DNA of 63,852 nucleotides, the filler included, from Folioceros fuciformis (Eukaryota), in the NCBI GenBank assembly GCA_049999805.1. It is 11 parts of 11 records of this genome, joined end to end, with 100 filler letters (N's around TTAATTAATTAA, not from the genome) between each part and the next. Parts side by side here need not be neighbours in the genome. Positions count along the whole stretch, not along the records: positions 62,474 to 63,852 come from JBNGIO010002055.1; 10 more parts are not named here. The stretch is one strand, 5' to 3'. The notes under the pieces are model-generated. The model was not told the origin of the DNA, searched no databases, and saw only the letters and a program-made list of their open reading frames with translations. Within the stretch, counting starts at the first letter, position 1; each line of letters opens with the position of its first letter. Below, piece after piece: positions 62,600 through 63,852 of this stretch. A program made the position numbers and the translations under genes.

Positions 62600-63852
62600 G
62601 CTACTAATCCTGTGTTTCATGCTTGTTTGAAGCACATAGAAGTACATTATCATTTCATCAAGAAAGTGGTATTATATGAGAAGATAGATCTTCAGCATGT
62701 GAAGACCGAAGACCAGGTTGTAGAATATCTTTACTAAGTTGCTAGGTAGAGATAAGTTCTTACACTTTTGTGAACTACTAAGAGTGTTACAAATAGTCTA
62801 AGCTTGAGGGGGAGTGTTAGAAATCAAGCTCTAACTAAATTGTTATTAAGAGCATACAACACTGAGGATAGTGTAGATTATCCCATATTGAACTCGTAGT
62901 TATCTACCACCTAAGTGTTATTAGGATATTGCACCCTCGAGACTAAGGCTTACCTTATCGAGGTTGCCCCACCTGAAGGCTATATATGTAGCATCTTGTG
63001 CACCATAAGAATGTACAGTGGAGTCCATCTACGCTACTTGTGCTATTTCAACAACAACTACCTGAAGGCAAGAAACCAATAGGTTGCAAATGGGTGTTCA
63101 AGGTCAAACACAACGCAGATGGTAGTGTTAGCAAGTACAAGGCAAGGCTTGTGGCCAAGGGATATGCCCAGACATATGGAATAGATTTTGAGGAGACGTT
63201 CAGTCCAGTTGCCAAAATGGCAACAATTCGAACCGTGATCGCACTAGCGGCATCGAAAGGTTGGGTCCTACATCATATGGATGTGAAGAATGCTTTCTTA
63301 CATGGAGAATTGTTGGAAGAAGTATACATTGACCAGCCACCAAGTTATGAGGATTTGGATCATCCAAATCATGTGTGCAAGCTGAAAAAACGTTGTATGG
63401 ACTGAAGCAAGTCCCGAGGGCTTGGCATGAGTGTTTTGCTCAGCTAATTCATATTGGATCCAACATGGCAGATGCGGATCATTCGTTGTATGCGTGCAGA
63501 AGTACAAAAGGACTGGTCTTTGTGACCATTTATGTGGATGATCTAATCATTGGAGGTAATCAGTTGGATTATGTGGAGCAGATCAAGGAACTTCTGCAAC
63601 AAGAGTTGAAGATGACGGACATAGGTGAACTGAGGTTCTTCTTGGGCATTGAAATTATATGAACCAACACAGGCATTTGGCTGTCACAGCGGAAGTATGC
63701 GTCGGATGTACTAACTAAGTATTGTATGGCTGAGTGCAAGCTAATCTCGATTCCTTTGGATCAAAATCTGAAGCTCAGTGCTCATGATGGTGAAGCACTT
63801 GAAGATCCAACAATGTACAGGAAGATTGTGGGTAGCTTGATATATCTCACTC
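62600..63852 (+). mobile_element. Copia RNase H end, PPT/LTR piece and a second Copia RT fragment
   Basis: NPVFHACLKHIEVHYHF; PPT GAGGGGGAG then TGTTAG at ~62815; [11 protein letters not shown]...KARLVAKGY...[10 protein letters not shown]...IYVDDL. Confidence 0.88.

Overview
This is eukaryotic land-plant nuclear DNA, most plausibly from a seed-free plant such as a hornwort. That call is an inference from ~90-115 bp introns, GC-rich exons and an intronless PLS-PPR gene with elongated L motifs. The window is not contiguous: it holds 11 contigs joined by ten artificial 100-bp spacers (N44-TTAATTAATTAA-N44), so neighbourhood across spacers means nothing. Host genes are a PLS-E+ PPR editing factor, an Exo70 (G/I-type), tRNA-Cys(GCA), a class III peroxidase, a CYP704B-like P450 and BUD13. 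The rest is mostly nested, decayed transposons (Copia, Gypsy, Harbinger, a CRE-like LINE and a Sola/DUF7869-like DNA transposase). Four highlights: (1) a decayed putative DNA transposon pairing a DDE-type transposase with a divergently transcribed bacterial-type beta-class N6A/N4C DNA methyltransferase; (2) a C5 cytosine-methyltransferase fragment that can be rebuilt in frame by excising a TSD-flanked Copia element; (3) a contig with a TTAGGG telomere and an extreme RIP signature, probably from an ascomycete associate; (4) a DUF7081/MBD-like ORF and several antisense ORFs inside Copia 3' regions. Family names come from motif recognition, not database searches.
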